Positions 25,834 to 35,671 of a stretch of DNA of 43,617 nt are shown in pieces (the stretch's first letter is position 1; every line of letters starts with the position of its first letter). The position numbers and the translations under genes are program-made. The DNA lies in the NCBI GenBank assembly GCA_030018675.1, contig JASEHT010000002.1, positions 1 through 43,617 on the forward strand, written 5' to 3'. The DNA is from Smithella sp. GTDB taxonomy: Bacteria; Desulfobacterota; Syntrophia; Syntrophales; Smithellaceae. A model generated the notes under the pieces. It did no database searches, was not told where the DNA came from, and saw nothing but the letters and a program-made list of their open reading frames with translations.

Positions 25834-26565
25834 GTGACTGAAATTGGTTCGTTAGGTCTAAGCGGCAGTTTTAGCGGCAGCATTCTGGGTATGGTTCTCA
25901 GCGCCGGATTGGTCGTGAAGTTCGTTTTGCTGATTCTGTTTATTTTTTCGGTTGTTTCGTGGGCGATCATTTTTCTTAAATACCGCTCTTATCGCAGGAT
26001 TAAAAAGGAAAATGAAGCTTTCTATGAAGATTACCTGCGCAGTTCCAAGCTTTCCGATATTTTACCGTCGGCAAAAAAATATTCATTTTCAACCACCGCG
26101 GAAATTTTTCGCGTGGGCTACGCGGAATTGACTAAAACAAACAAGCTCGCCGCTGACTTGTCCCAAGACAACCCGGGCAGCGATGAAATAACGCTGTCTT
26201 CTCTGGACAACCTGGATCGTTCCATGAATAAAGCCTGCAACACGGAAATGACCAAGCTTGACAAAGCGCTTGATTTTCTGGCCACCACCGGTTCAGCGAG
26301 TCCCTTTATCGGTCTGTTCGGAACCGTCTGGGGCATCATGGAAACATTTAAAGGAATTGGCGCCCGCGGGTCGGCTACGCTGGCCGTGGTCGCGCCAGGC
26401 ATTTCCGAGGCTCTGATTGCCACGGCCGCGGGACTTGCCGCAGCCATACCGGCGGTTATTTTTTATAATTATTTTTTGAATCAATCCAAGAACATGGTTC
26501 ATGAAATGGAAAATTTCGCGGCTGAATTTTTGAATATTGTCGAACGTTATCTGATTCGCAAATAA
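25834..26565 (+). CDS. tolQ: TolQ (MotA/TolQ/ExbB proton-channel family)
   Basis: GTG start after GGAGAG. Three TM helices. GSASPFIGLFGTVWGIM and APGISEALIATAAGL motifs. First gene of the tolQRAB-pal string. Confidence 0.9.
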   Translation: MTEIGSLGLSGSFSGSILGMVLSAGLVVKFVLLILFIFSVVSWAIIFLKYRSYRRIKKENEAFYEDYLRSSKLSDILPSAKKYSFSTTAEIFRVGYAELTKTNKLAADLSQDNPGSDEITLSSLDNLDRSMNKACNTEMTKLDKALDFLATTGSASPFIGLFGTVWGIMETFKGIGARGSATLAVVAPGISEALIATAAGLAAAIPAVIFYNYFLNQSKNMVHEMENFAAEFLNIVERYLIRK

Positions 26566-26581
26566 ACCGGGGTCTGAAGAC

Positions 26582-27010
26582 ATGATGCGCTCTCAACGTA
26601 GAAGAAACTTTCACACCAAAAAAGCCATGGCGGAAATAAACGTCACGCCTTTTGTCGATGTCATGCTGGTGCTCCTGATCATCTTTATGGTGACAGCCCC
26701 CATGCTCTCCATGGGCATTGATGTCAATCTGCCGCGGGTTCAAGCCAAAAGCGTGGATGTCGCCGAGGAAAAACTTGTCCTGACCATCAGTGAATCGAAA
26801 GACATCTACCTGAATAAAAACAAGTTGGCGCTGGGGGAATTGAATGCCAAACTGGAAGCGATTTTCTCCAGCCGTATTGATCGCGAAATCTTTCTTCGCG
26901 CCGACAGAAACGTTCCCTACGGATTTGTCGTCGAAGTGATGTCGGAAGTTCGCAAGGCCGGTGTGGATAAACTGGGCATGATTACGGAACCGCCTGAGGA
27001 AACCAAATGA
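26582..27010 (+). CDS. tolR: TolR (ExbD/TolR family)
   Basis: EINVTPFVDVMLVLLIIFM carries the conserved Asp in the TM helix. 142 aa. Confidence 0.9.
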   Translation: MMRSQRRRNFHTKKAMAEINVTPFVDVMLVLLIIFMVTAPMLSMGIDVNLPRVQAKSVDVAEEKLVLTISESKDIYLNKNKLALGELNAKLEAIFSSRIDREIFLRADRNVPYGFVVEVMSEVRKAGVDKLGMITEPPEETK

Positions 27011-27732
27011 CTTTCCGGACGACCGGCAACCGCTACCGCGGCTCTGACGGCAACTTCCACAGCATGATTTTCCTGTCTCTGATTCTGCATGTGATCGTTA
27101 TCGCTGTTCTCCTGGTGTCCATTCCGACGACGTCAAAACGTCTGACGTTCGGCGCGGCGTATTCCGTACAATTGGTCGGTGCCGAAGCCGTTATGACATC
27201 CGGCGCTTCCTCGCTGATGAGCGATGTGCTCCGAACCAGGGATTCATCGACCGATGCCATTATCCTGAAGCGCAAGATTGAAAGTATTTATTCCACGCCG
27301 GCAAAAACCCGGGAGGCCAGCAAAGTAGACGTGGAAAAGGCTCTCGGCGCGATCCGGAAAAAAGAATCGGGCAAAACAAAAACGGATGATTCAACTGCTG
27401 CCGTTTCCGGCGCCGCGAAAATCTCGGAATCGGACATGACCGCGCAGACCAACGACTATATCGGAACGGTATGGATGAAGGTCAAGGAAAACTGGGGCAT
27501 GCCGCCATCACTGCTTCCGGAAACAAATATAACAACCATTATCGATGTCCGGATTTCCCGTAGCGGCGCGCTGGAATACGTCGGTTTTGAAAAACGCAGC
27601 GGCAATCCTTATTTCGATGAATCCGCCCTGAAGGCGGTGAAAAAATCCAGTCCCTTTCCGCCTCTTCCGTTCTGGGTCCGGGACAACAGGATAGAAATCG
27701 GAATACGCTTTCATTCCAATGAACTCCGCTGA
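27007..27732 (+). CDS. tolA: TolA-like protein with TonB-type C-terminal domain
   Basis: 4-nt overlap with tolR. N-terminal TM anchor, low-complexity linker, and a C-terminal YIGTVWMKVKENW...NPYFDESALKAVKKSSPFPPLP TonB_C-like fold. Confidence 0.7.
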   Translation: MTFRTTGNRYRGSDGNFHSMIFLSLILHVIVIAVLLVSIPTTSKRLTFGAAYSVQLVGAEAVMTSGASSLMSDVLRTRDSSTDAIILKRKIESIYSTPAKTREASKVDVEKALGAIRKKESGKTKTDDSTAAVSGAAKISESDMTAQTNDYIGTVWMKVKENWGMPPSLLPETNITTIIDVRISRSGALEYVGFEKRSGNPYFDESALKAVKKSSPFPPLPFWVRDNRIEIGIRFHSNELR

Positions 27733-27799
27733 TTTTCCGGTTTTCCTTGAAAGAATGGAAAAAAATTTATATGTAAGAGACGAGGTCTGAATCCGCGTA

Positions 27800-29116
27800 A
27801 TGAAAAAACTTTTTTTTATTTTATGTCTCGCTCTCTTTGTTTCCGCCGTGCCGTTTTCGCAACACAGCGCCACCGCGAAAGTCTATGTGGATATTGATTC
27901 GCCGGCTTTCAAGCTGATTCCCGTCGCCGTCAGTGATTTCAACCACCAGTCCGCCGGCACCATGAAGAAGACGGACGCGGGAACCCATATCCCGGAAGGG
28001 ATTAAAAACGACCTTTCCCTGACGGGAATATTCAATGTCTTGAACAAAAAGAGCTTTCTGGATTATTCCACGGCCGTAACCGCCGACAAAATTCATTTCC
28101 CCGACTGGCGGGTCATCGGCGCCGATTATCTGCTGCGGGGGAGCATTCTGCAAAACGATAAAGAAATGGTCGCCGTCGGCTATCTTTTCGATGTTGTCCG
28201 CGGCGAACTTATTTTCAGCAGAACATACCGCGCCGCGCCGGATAATTTCAAAGCGGTCTCCCGTGAACTGGCGTCCGACATTATGATGGCGCTGATTAAT
28301 GAAAAGGGCGACTTCCACACCAAAATCGCGTTTGTCTCCCATAACAGGTTGCAATCCGATATTGCTTCGATCGACTATGACGGGTCTGATTTACGAAGCC
28401 TCACAAATCATCGGTCTATTTTGCTCGCCCCGCGCTGGTCTCCGGATGGAACACTTCTGGCCTTTACATCATTCAAGCGCGGACGTCCGGAAGTGTATCT
28501 TCGAAATTTAAGAACAGGCACGGACAAGAGAGTGGCTTCCTTCGATGGATTGAATCTGTGCGGAGGCTTTTCCCGGGACGGCAAAAAATTATTGCTGACG
28601 CTGAGCAAGGACGGCAATGAAGAAATATATTCTCTGGAGGTGGACACGTTAGCACTGCGGAGGCTGACCAACAATTATGCCATTGACGTTTCGCCGTCCT
28701 GGTCGCCGGATGGCAAGAAAATCGTGTTTGTTTCCAACCGTTCCGGATCTCCCCAGATTTACACCATGAACGCCGATGGCAGCAACGTAAGAAGAATTAC
28801 CTATGAAGGAAGCTATAATACCTCTCCTTCATGGTCTCCCCGTGGCGACCGCATTGTTTATGAAGGATTGATCAACAGAGTTTACCAGATATTTTCGATT
28901 GATGAAGACGGCAATAATGCCGTGCAGCTCACGTCCGATCACGCGAATAACGAATCGCCCTCGTGGTCCCCGTCCGGTCGTCAAATCGTCTACGTTTCCC
29001 GCAGGCACTCAAAAAACTTCATCATTATCATGAACTCCAACGGCTCGAATCCAAGAACGCTTTACGAACAGAGCCATAAACTTTCCATGCCGGTTTGGTC
29101 TCCGAGGCTCAAGTAA
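27800..29116 (+). CDS. tolB: TolB periplasmic beta-propeller protein
   Basis: Signal peptide, a TolB N-domain, and repeated SPxWSPDG propeller blades (SPSWSPDGKK, SPSWSPRGDR, SPSWSPSGRQ). Confidence 0.9.
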   Translation: MKKLFFILCLALFVSAVPFSQHSATAKVYVDIDSPAFKLIPVAVSDFNHQSAGTMKKTDAGTHIPEGIKNDLSLTGIFNVLNKKSFLDYSTAVTADKIHFPDWRVIGADYLLRGSILQNDKEMVAVGYLFDVVRGELIFSRTYRAAPDNFKAVSRELASDIMMALINEKGDFHTKIAFVSHNRLQSDIASIDYDGSDLRSLTNHRSILLAPRWSPDGTLLAFTSFKRGRPEVYLRNLRTGTDKRVASFDGLNLCGGFSRDGKKLLLTLSKDGNEEIYSLEVDTLALRRLTNNYAIDVSPSWSPDGKKIVFVSNRSGSPQIYTMNADGSNVRRITYEGSYNTSPSWSPRGDRIVYEGLINRVYQIFSIDEDGNNAVQLTSDHANNESPSWSPSGRQIVYVSRRHSKNFIIIMNSNGSNPRTLYEQSHKLSMPVWSPRLK

Positions 29117-29321
29117 AGGCTTATGAAGTCAGGACGCGTTTGCGAGATGTTGATGGATGAGGGGATAAGCTATTAATAATAATCAGCATTATATTTATTT
29201 TATTTCAAAAATACGGTTTTGCTTAAAAATGAATTTATTTTCTGATATACTTTGCTCAATTTTGAGTTGGGAAAGTTACACAAAATCTAAATCATAATTT
29301 CGGAAGGAAAGGATTACGACT

Positions 29322-29900
29322 ATGAAAAAAAATGTATTTCTGACGATGGTTATTGCGTTATTAATATTAAGTTTCCTGCTGGTCACCGGATGCGCCAAGA
29401 AAAAATCAATGGTCACCAGTGATGTCACCCCCGCGACAGATACAGTAGCGGAACAAACCGTTGACACAACGAAACGTGACGGCGCCATATCTTCCGACGA
29501 TAGTACGGCTCGGCAGGCGGCAGACCGTGAGCAATGGGTTGATCTGGAACGGAAGGCTGCGGTCCAGTCACCGGTCAGACATATCAATTTCGATTACGAC
29601 AGCTCTACCATTAACGCAGAAGCGCGGGAGATTCTGAAGGCGAACGCCGAATACTTCAAGAACAACAGGGTGTCCTCCATCATCGTCGAAGGACACTGCG
29701 ATGAAAGAGGAACCGCCGAATACAACATGGCTCTGGGAGAAAGGCGTGCACAGGAAACGAAAAGGTATCTTGTGAATTTAGGCGTGAAGGAAGCGATCAT
29801 CAAAACTGTCAGTTTCGGCGAGGAACTCCCTTTGGATCCGGCTTCCAATGAAGAAGCCTGGGCTCAAAACAGACGGGCGAATTTTGTAGTGAACCCTTAA
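29322..29900 (+). CDS. pal: Peptidoglycan-associated lipoprotein Pal (OmpA family)
   Basis: Lipobox LVTGC. OmpA-like domain FDYDSSTI...VEGHCDERGTAEYNMALGERRA. Confidence 0.9.
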   Translation: MKKNVFLTMVIALLILSFLLVTGCAKKKSMVTSDVTPATDTVAEQTVDTTKRDGAISSDDSTARQAADREQWVDLERKAAVQSPVRHINFDYDSSTINAEAREILKANAEYFKNNRVSSIIVEGHCDERGTAEYNMALGERRAQETKRYLVNLGVKEAIIKTVSFGEELPLDPASNEEAWAQNRRANFVVNP

Positions 29901-29912
29901 AATATCATTGAG

Positions 29913-30737
29913 GTGAAAACGTTGAAAAAGTATAACTACCTGCTTTTGTTTTTTATCCTATTGTCTCTTGTCGGATGCGCTTCGTCAAGAGACATCCGAA
30001 CGCTGAGAGCGGATTTAAACCAAACGATGGACGACAAATTCTCACAGCTGAATGCCGATCTGAATGACTTGAAGAAAAACGCCGCGGAACTGGATTCGGT
30101 GCGCAAAGGGCAAGCCAACGCATCGGCGGATATGTCCGAACTCCGGGAAAATATCCAGCAATTACGGGGTCAGGTGGAATCGCTGAAAAAGGACTTGACC
30201 GCCTCCAACAAGAAGGATGATCAGCGCTTTGATAATATTCTTCTGAAAATCAATTTTATCGAAAATTTCCTTGAAATCGGTGGAAAATTCAACACCAGCG
30301 ATGCTTCCGATAAAAACGGTAAAACCACCGGGGGCGTCGCTGCGAAAGATGCCGAGAAAAAAACGGAACGAGGGAAAGCTTATTCCGACGCTTATCAGCT
30401 GTTCACGGAGGGCAATTACGACAAGGCGAGAACGGAGTTTCAAAAATTTCTCGCCGCTTACCCGGACAGCGAGTATTCGGATAACGCGCAGTTCTGGATA
30501 GGTGAATGTTATTTCTTCGAACAGAAATTCGAGGCGGCGATTTTAGAATACGAAAAAGTCATTAAAAACTACCCCGGCGGAAACAGAGTCCGCTACGCCT
30601 TATTGAAGCAGGGTCTTTCGTTTCGGAAGTTGGGCGATAAAACCAGCGCCAAATTGCTGTTACAGGAAGTCATTAAAAATTATCCCAACACCAGCCAGGC
30701 GAGTATCGCCCGTGCGAATCTTCAGGGAATCAAATAG
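29913..30737 (+). CDS. cpoB: Tol-Pal system protein CpoB/YbgF (coiled coil + TPR)
   Basis: GTG start and lipobox-like LVGCAS. It has an N-terminal coiled coil and a C-terminal YbgF TPR block (YSDAYQLFTEGNYDKARTEFQKFLAAYPDSEYSDNAQFWIGECYF). Confidence 0.85.
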   Translation: MKTLKKYNYLLLFFILLSLVGCASSRDIRTLRADLNQTMDDKFSQLNADLNDLKKNAAELDSVRKGQANASADMSELRENIQQLRGQVESLKKDLTASNKKDDQRFDNILLKINFIENFLEIGGKFNTSDASDKNGKTTGGVAAKDAEKKTERGKAYSDAYQLFTEGNYDKARTEFQKFLAAYPDSEYSDNAQFWIGECYFFEQKFEAAILEYEKVIKNYPGGNRVRYALLKQGLSFRKLGDKTSAKLLLQEVIKNYPNTSQASIARANLQGIK

Positions 30738-30756
30738 CCGCCACCGGCCATCCGAT

Positions 30757-31569
30757 TTACTCCATGATAATCTCGGTAACATGCTCAGGAACCATCAGAT
30801 CAAAAACAGACACGTCCGGGGGATTCTCAATTTTGACATCCAAATAATTTACCGATAATGACGTTGACTCCGCGCTCATCTTGATGACAATTTTCTCGGG
30901 AAACATCGTTTCTTCATGATTGTAACTATAATCTGCCGTGTATAATGTTTTGTTACTCGCATCCTGACGAGAAAACTTGAGCAGTTTATTGTTTTCACCG
31001 CGCCAGATGGTCTGAGACGCTCCGGACGGCGCGCGCATTTCAATCCGCCGATTAACGCCTTCAAGGTATTCCTGATAAGAAACATTAATTTCCTGCAACG
31101 CAGGATATGTTCCGGTCAACATCATGACTATCTCTTCAACGCCCGCCGACCATGGCATAAACTTCTTCAGGTTGGATATTGATGGTTTGCCAACATATAA
31201 TTCCATTCGGGACGGAATAAACACGCGCATTGTTTCCGGCGACGCCACAAGAAAAAAATCAGGCGGCCCGATGATCGGCAGTATTTCCAGTCGCAAATGC
31301 GACGGCCTTTTCATCACCAGAGCGACCTTGGCCGGATAATAACCATCGGGCGTCATAAAATAAACTTGCGCCAGGGCGCTGACGGTAGCCTCATCATGCC
31401 ATTCGCCGGGAGCAGAATATTCATTTTGTGAAAAGTCAGAAAATACAAAGGACGGCTTATTGAAACCGCAGGACATCAACAACAAGAATAAGAACGCCAT
31501 GCAGGCGAACAAGCAAAGTTTTGTTACGGCTTTTGAAAAAAATATTCGGAAAGAAACGTCCATGCGCAT
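30757..31569 (-). CDS. LolB/DUF4292-like outer-membrane lipoprotein
   Basis: Lipobox LLMSCG. Its ~250-aa beta-rich body resembles the LolA/LolB-fold family. The start overlaps the upstream TPR gene stop by 1 nt (TAATG). Confidence 0.4.
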   Translation of the reverse strand: MRMDVSFRIFFSKAVTKLCLFACMAFLFLLLMSCGFNKPSFVFSDFSQNEYSAPGEWHDEATVSALAQVYFMTPDGYYPAKVALVMKRPSHLRLEILPIIGPPDFFLVASPETMRVFIPSRMELYVGKPSISNLKKFMPWSAGVEEIVMMLTGTYPALQEINVSYQEYLEGVNRRIEMRAPSGASQTIWRGENNKLLKFSRQDASNKTLYTADYSYNHEETMFPEKIVIKMSAESTSLSVNYLDVKIENPPDVSVFDLMVPEHVTEIIME

Positions 31570-33275
31570 TACGGCTTCTGCTTTTTCAGATCGTCGATTT
31601 TCTGTTGAATGGAAGCGTTCTGAGGATCAATCTTCAGGGCGCGTTCATACATTTCCCGGGCTTCCTTGAATTTCTTCTGCTTCGCGTAAACGTCTCCCAT
31701 GTGTTCGATGATTTCAATCTCATCCGGCAGCAGGGCCAATGCTTTTTTCAGATATTTTTCCGCGCTTTTAAAATCGTTTTTTTTGAAATAAACCCATCCG
31801 AGACTGTCCAGAATATAGCCGTTTTCCGGCTTTATTTCGAGGGCTTTCAGGATCAATTTCTCGGCTTCATCGAGATGTATGCCTCTGTCTGCGTAACTAT
31901 ATCCGATAAAATTGAGCGTTTCTGCGTTATCCGGTTCGATTTCCAGAATCTTTTGCATGGTTGCGATGCTTTCCGGGAAGCGATCTGTTTTTTCATAAAG
32001 CACGCCCTGCGCGTAGTGCAACTCCACGTTCTGCGGAGCGATCCGGAGACCCTCGTTCAAAATATTTTCCTGAGCGGATTTGTCTCCTGTTTCCTCGTAC
32101 AGCGCCGACAAAAACAGATAAAAAGTTGTCTCTTGACTTTTTTTCCGGATGGCCCGGTTAATCATATCGATTGCTTCCCGATCCTTGCCCTCGTTTTTCA
32201 AAAGCATGGAAGCGCGGATTTGAGCGTTGGCGTACAATTCCGAACCCACGGCAATGCTGCTGTATTCTTCTATGGCCTTTTGATGCGCACCCTGCTGTTC
32301 ATAAGTCGTGGCCAGCAAATAGCGAACCTTGTCGTCCGTGATATTCTGCTGCAAAACGGAGGAAAATTCCGCCACGGCCAGATCCAGTCTGTTCATATCG
32401 TAATAGAGCAGTCCCAGCGCCACACGTATATCCCGATTGTCGGGATCAATTTTTAGAACTTCCCGGAATTCCTTTTCCGCCTCTTCGTAATTTTTCTTCC
32501 TGATAAGCAGCTCTCCCGTGCGGAACCGCAGATTAATCCGGGCGGGATTAATCGCCAGATAATTGCGATAGACCTCTATCGCCTTGTCGAGTTTCTCCTG
32601 TTTTTCATACAAAGCAGCCAAATCAAACAAGGCCATTTCAAAATAAGGATTTAAAGACATGGCCTTCTTAAACATTTTTTCCGCTTCGCCGAATTTTTTC
32701 ATCTTCTCGAGCACTTTGGCGTAATAATAGACTCCCATCAAATTCTCGGGATCTATTTTCAGCATCTGCTGGAATGTTTCGGAAGCTTTATCATACTTTT
32801 TTTGTTCGGCAAAAATGATCCCGGCGTAAAGATGCGCAATAAGATTTTTCGGGTCCAGTTCAATGACTTTTTTATGCCTCGCGATGGCCTGGTCATACTC
32901 GCGTTTGTTAAGATATAAGCCTCCCAGAATTAAATTCAGATCCACGTTGTCCGGATTTTTTAAAAGCGCTTCTTCGCCCAGAACAATGGCGTTATCAAAA
33001 TCCCCCTGTTCAGCGTAAAGCGACAAAAGTTCGGCGGCCAGATACGGGGAATCCGGATCCACGGCCACTGCCTGCCGCATTTGCGCGGTCGCTTCCTCCT
33101 GGTTTCCCTCCTGGCGTAAAGTCATGCCCATCAGATAATGATAAGCGGCATTAGGTTGCCTGGTTTCGACGACGGGAGAAGGAGAAATGGCAGCTTTCTG
33201 CATAGTAGCGCAACCGGCCATATTCAGACACATCAAAATCGATAGCAGTATTAAGCAGGGCTTTATTTTTTGCAT
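31569..33275 (-). CDS. Tetratricopeptide-repeat lipoprotein
   Basis: Lipobox NMAGC. The 568 aa are made almost entirely of ~34-aa TPR units (A..Y.kAl.ldP...). Confidence 0.8.
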   Translation of the reverse strand: MQKIKPCLILLSILMCLNMAGCATMQKAAISPSPVVETRQPNAAYHYLMGMTLRQEGNQEEATAQMRQAVAVDPDSPYLAAELLSLYAEQGDFDNAIVLGEEALLKNPDNVDLNLILGGLYLNKREYDQAIARHKKVIELDPKNLIAHLYAGIIFAEQKKYDKASETFQQMLKIDPENLMGVYYYAKVLEKMKKFGEAEKMFKKAMSLNPYFEMALFDLAALYEKQEKLDKAIEVYRNYLAINPARINLRFRTGELLIRKKNYEEAEKEFREVLKIDPDNRDIRVALGLLYYDMNRLDLAVAEFSSVLQQNITDDKVRYLLATTYEQQGAHQKAIEEYSSIAVGSELYANAQIRASMLLKNEGKDREAIDMINRAIRKKSQETTFYLFLSALYEETGDKSAQENILNEGLRIAPQNVELHYAQGVLYEKTDRFPESIATMQKILEIEPDNAETLNFIGYSYADRGIHLDEAEKLILKALEIKPENGYILDSLGWVYFKKNDFKSAEKYLKKALALLPDEIEIIEHMGDVYAKQKKFKEAREMYERALKIDPQNASIQQKIDDLKKQKP

Positions 33276-33318
33276 GTCCGATCACTCTCTTGTCTGATGA
33301 CACCGTTTACGTTTTCGC

Positions 33319-34200
33319 TCATGATCGATTCTCGGAACGGTGCCGTTTAATAATCTCGGATACCGGGACAATCGACACACCGTTTTCTTTAAACACTTTT
33401 GTGGCGTCTTTCAGCGCGCGAATCGTTTCCGGATACGGATGACCGATCATGATCTTCGGGGAACGATCATCGCTTTTGGCAACCTTTACTAAAATACCAT
33501 AGATCTCTTTATAATCGCGCTGATGATCGATAAATATCTGCCGCTCGGCTATTTTCAATCCTGTGCTTTTAGCAGCGGAAACCGTTTTGCTGTCCGGTGA
33601 TGTTCGCGAGTCCACAAAAAAAAGCTTGTTTTTTTTCAGCTCCCTGAAAATTAAAGCGAGTTTGTGTTCATCCAGCATAAATTTAGAACCCATATGATTA
33701 TTCACGCCGGAAATATGAGGCACAGACGCGATATTCTTTTTCAGTTGCAAGATGATTTCCTCGTCATTCATATCCGTGAACAGCGCGCCTTCTCCCGGCT
33801 TTTCACGCGGATAAGACACCGGTTCCATAGGCAGATGCAGCAGCGTTTCCCGTCGCGCTTTATGGAACATTTCCGCCGCCTCGCGGCTGTGGGCCAGCAT
33901 GGGCAGAATGGCAAACGTCAAATCGGCGTCAATTTTCAATAATTCCCTGGCGGCATTCAAATCATATCCGATATCGTCAATAATAATTGCCACTGTCCGT
34001 GATGGAACAGTTTTGCCGGGCGTCGTTTTTAACCGTTCTTTCGGTTTAGCCTTTTTCTTGATGATTTGTTTGGCCGCTTTTTTAGTATCTTGTATGTCAG
34101 GCGTTTCTTCCTTAAATTGCAGCACGTAAATAATACCGGCCACTGAAACGATGATGAGGAATATCAGCGCGGCCGTAAAAACTTTTTTAATGTTTTTCAT
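33319..34200 (-). CDS. Divergent polysaccharide deacetylase family protein (YibQ-like)
   Basis: N-terminal TM anchor. VAIIIDDIGYDLNAARELLKIDADLTFAILP...HLPMEP...NNHMGS matches the YibQ family core. It lies downstream of ctpA, as in many proteobacteria. Confidence 0.75.
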   Translation of the reverse strand: MKNIKKVFTAALIFLIIVSVAGIIYVLQFKEETPDIQDTKKAAKQIIKKKAKPKERLKTTPGKTVPSRTVAIIIDDIGYDLNAARELLKIDADLTFAILPMLAHSREAAEMFHKARRETLLHLPMEPVSYPREKPGEGALFTDMNDEEIILQLKKNIASVPHISGVNNHMGSKFMLDEHKLALIFRELKKNKLFFVDSRTSPDSKTVSAAKSTGLKIAERQIFIDHQRDYKEIYGILVKVAKSDDRSPKIMIGHPYPETIRALKDATKVFKENGVSIVPVSEIIKRHRSENRS

Positions 34201-34215
34201 ATCCGGTTAAAGCTT

Positions 34216-35544
34216 TCAGTTCATCCTTAAGAAATTATCTTTCATGATCGTCCAGCTTTTCAGAATATCCACAGCCGTTTTGAGCTGGTTGTCCTTGGCC
34301 AGATCGGACATCACTTGCGTTTCCTGATGGAGCTTTTCATCCAGTTTTGTCCCATCCTCCGTGGCCGGCTGTATATGTCCCCGCAGATCCTTCTCGCGCA
34401 GCCTGTCTTCTTTATCCTGAAGGCTGTCCGTGTCTTCCTGTGCCCTTACAAAAGGAACAACGATATCCGGCTTGATGCCCTCCGCCTGAATGGATTTTCC
34501 GTTCGGCGTATAATAACGAGCGGTTGTCAGTTTCAACGCCGACCCGCCTTCCAGAGGAATGACGGTCTGCACCGACGCCTTGCCGAACGTTTGCGTTCCG
34601 ACAATTAAAGCCCGGCCGTTATCCTGCAGCGCTCCGGCAACAATTTCCGCGGCGCTCGCGGTTCCTTCATTCACCAGCACCACCACCGGACAGGTGATCT
34701 CATCATTCGTATTGCTGGCTGTTGATGTGGTTTCCATGCTTTTCGTCCTTCCGCGCGTGGAAACAATCACGCCGGATTTCAGGAAGATATCCGACACTTC
34801 AATCGCCTGAGTCAATAATCCTCCGGGATCGTTTCTCAAATCCAGCACCAGCCCTTTCAGCGGCTTCTTTTTATTGTCGAGTTCTTTCAGCGCTTTGCGC
34901 AGATCATCGGACGTCCGCTCCTGAAAGGCCGCAATGCGGGCATATCCGATGTTGTCTTCCAGCATTTTAAATCTCACGCTTTTGACCTGAATAATGGCGC
35001 GCGTCAGGGTAACGTCCTTGGGAGCGACCATATTCTCCCTAATGATGGTCAGCGTGACTTTCGTATCTTTCGGTCCGCGCAGTTTTTTCACTGCTTCCAT
35101 AATCGTTATGTCTTTCGTTGATTTGCCGTCGATTTTCAGAATCTGATCGCCGGATTTCAGGCCGGCAATGAACGCCGGTGTATCTTCAATGGGAGAAACG
35201 ATCGTCAGCACATCCTTGATAATCATAATCTCAATACCGATGCCGCCGAACTGCCCCTGTGTTTCCACTTCCAGTTCCTTATATAAATCAGGCGTCATAA
35301 ACGCGCTGTGCGGATCGAGAGACCGGATCATGCCGTTAATCGCGCCCTGCATCAATTTTTCCGTATCCACGTCATCGACATAATTCTTGCGCACCATATC
35401 CAGAACTTCGCTGAATGTTTTTATATCCTTATAGATTGTCGCATCCTTCGCGGAAACATTGCTGTCGTTATTCAGACTAAAAAGGATGAACGTCCCCAAA
35501 CAAATAACGGCCAGCAAATAGATTTTCATGGATGTCTTTTTCAT
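34216..35544 (-). CDS. ctpA: S41-family carboxy-terminal processing protease with PDZ domain
   Basis: FGGIGIEI, PDZ segment AGLKSGDQILKIDG, GLVLDLRNDPGGLL, catalytic TASAAEI and a downstream Lys region. Confidence 0.85.
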   Translation of the reverse strand: MKKTSMKIYLLAVICLGTFILFSLNNDSNVSAKDATIYKDIKTFSEVLDMVRKNYVDDVDTEKLMQGAINGMIRSLDPHSAFMTPDLYKELEVETQGQFGGIGIEIMIIKDVLTIVSPIEDTPAFIAGLKSGDQILKIDGKSTKDITIMEAVKKLRGPKDTKVTLTIIRENMVAPKDVTLTRAIIQVKSVRFKMLEDNIGYARIAAFQERTSDDLRKALKELDNKKKPLKGLVLDLRNDPGGLLTQAIEVSDIFLKSGVIVSTRGRTKSMETTSTASNTNDEITCPVVVLVNEGTASAAEIVAGALQDNGRALIVGTQTFGKASVQTVIPLEGGSALKLTTARYYTPNGKSIQAEGIKPDIVVPFVRAQEDTDSLQDKEDRLREKDLRGHIQPATEDGTKLDEKLHQETQVMSDLAKDNQLKTAVDILKSWTIMKDNFLRMN

Positions 35545-35671
35545 TATATTCCTCGCAATATTGGATATATAGTTAATATACTTATACCACTTTCCCTGAT
35601 ATTTTCCATTTTTTTCGGAGTTGATTAGAAAAATTTTAAATGCTTGTCAGACCGCCGGTGAAACCATCATT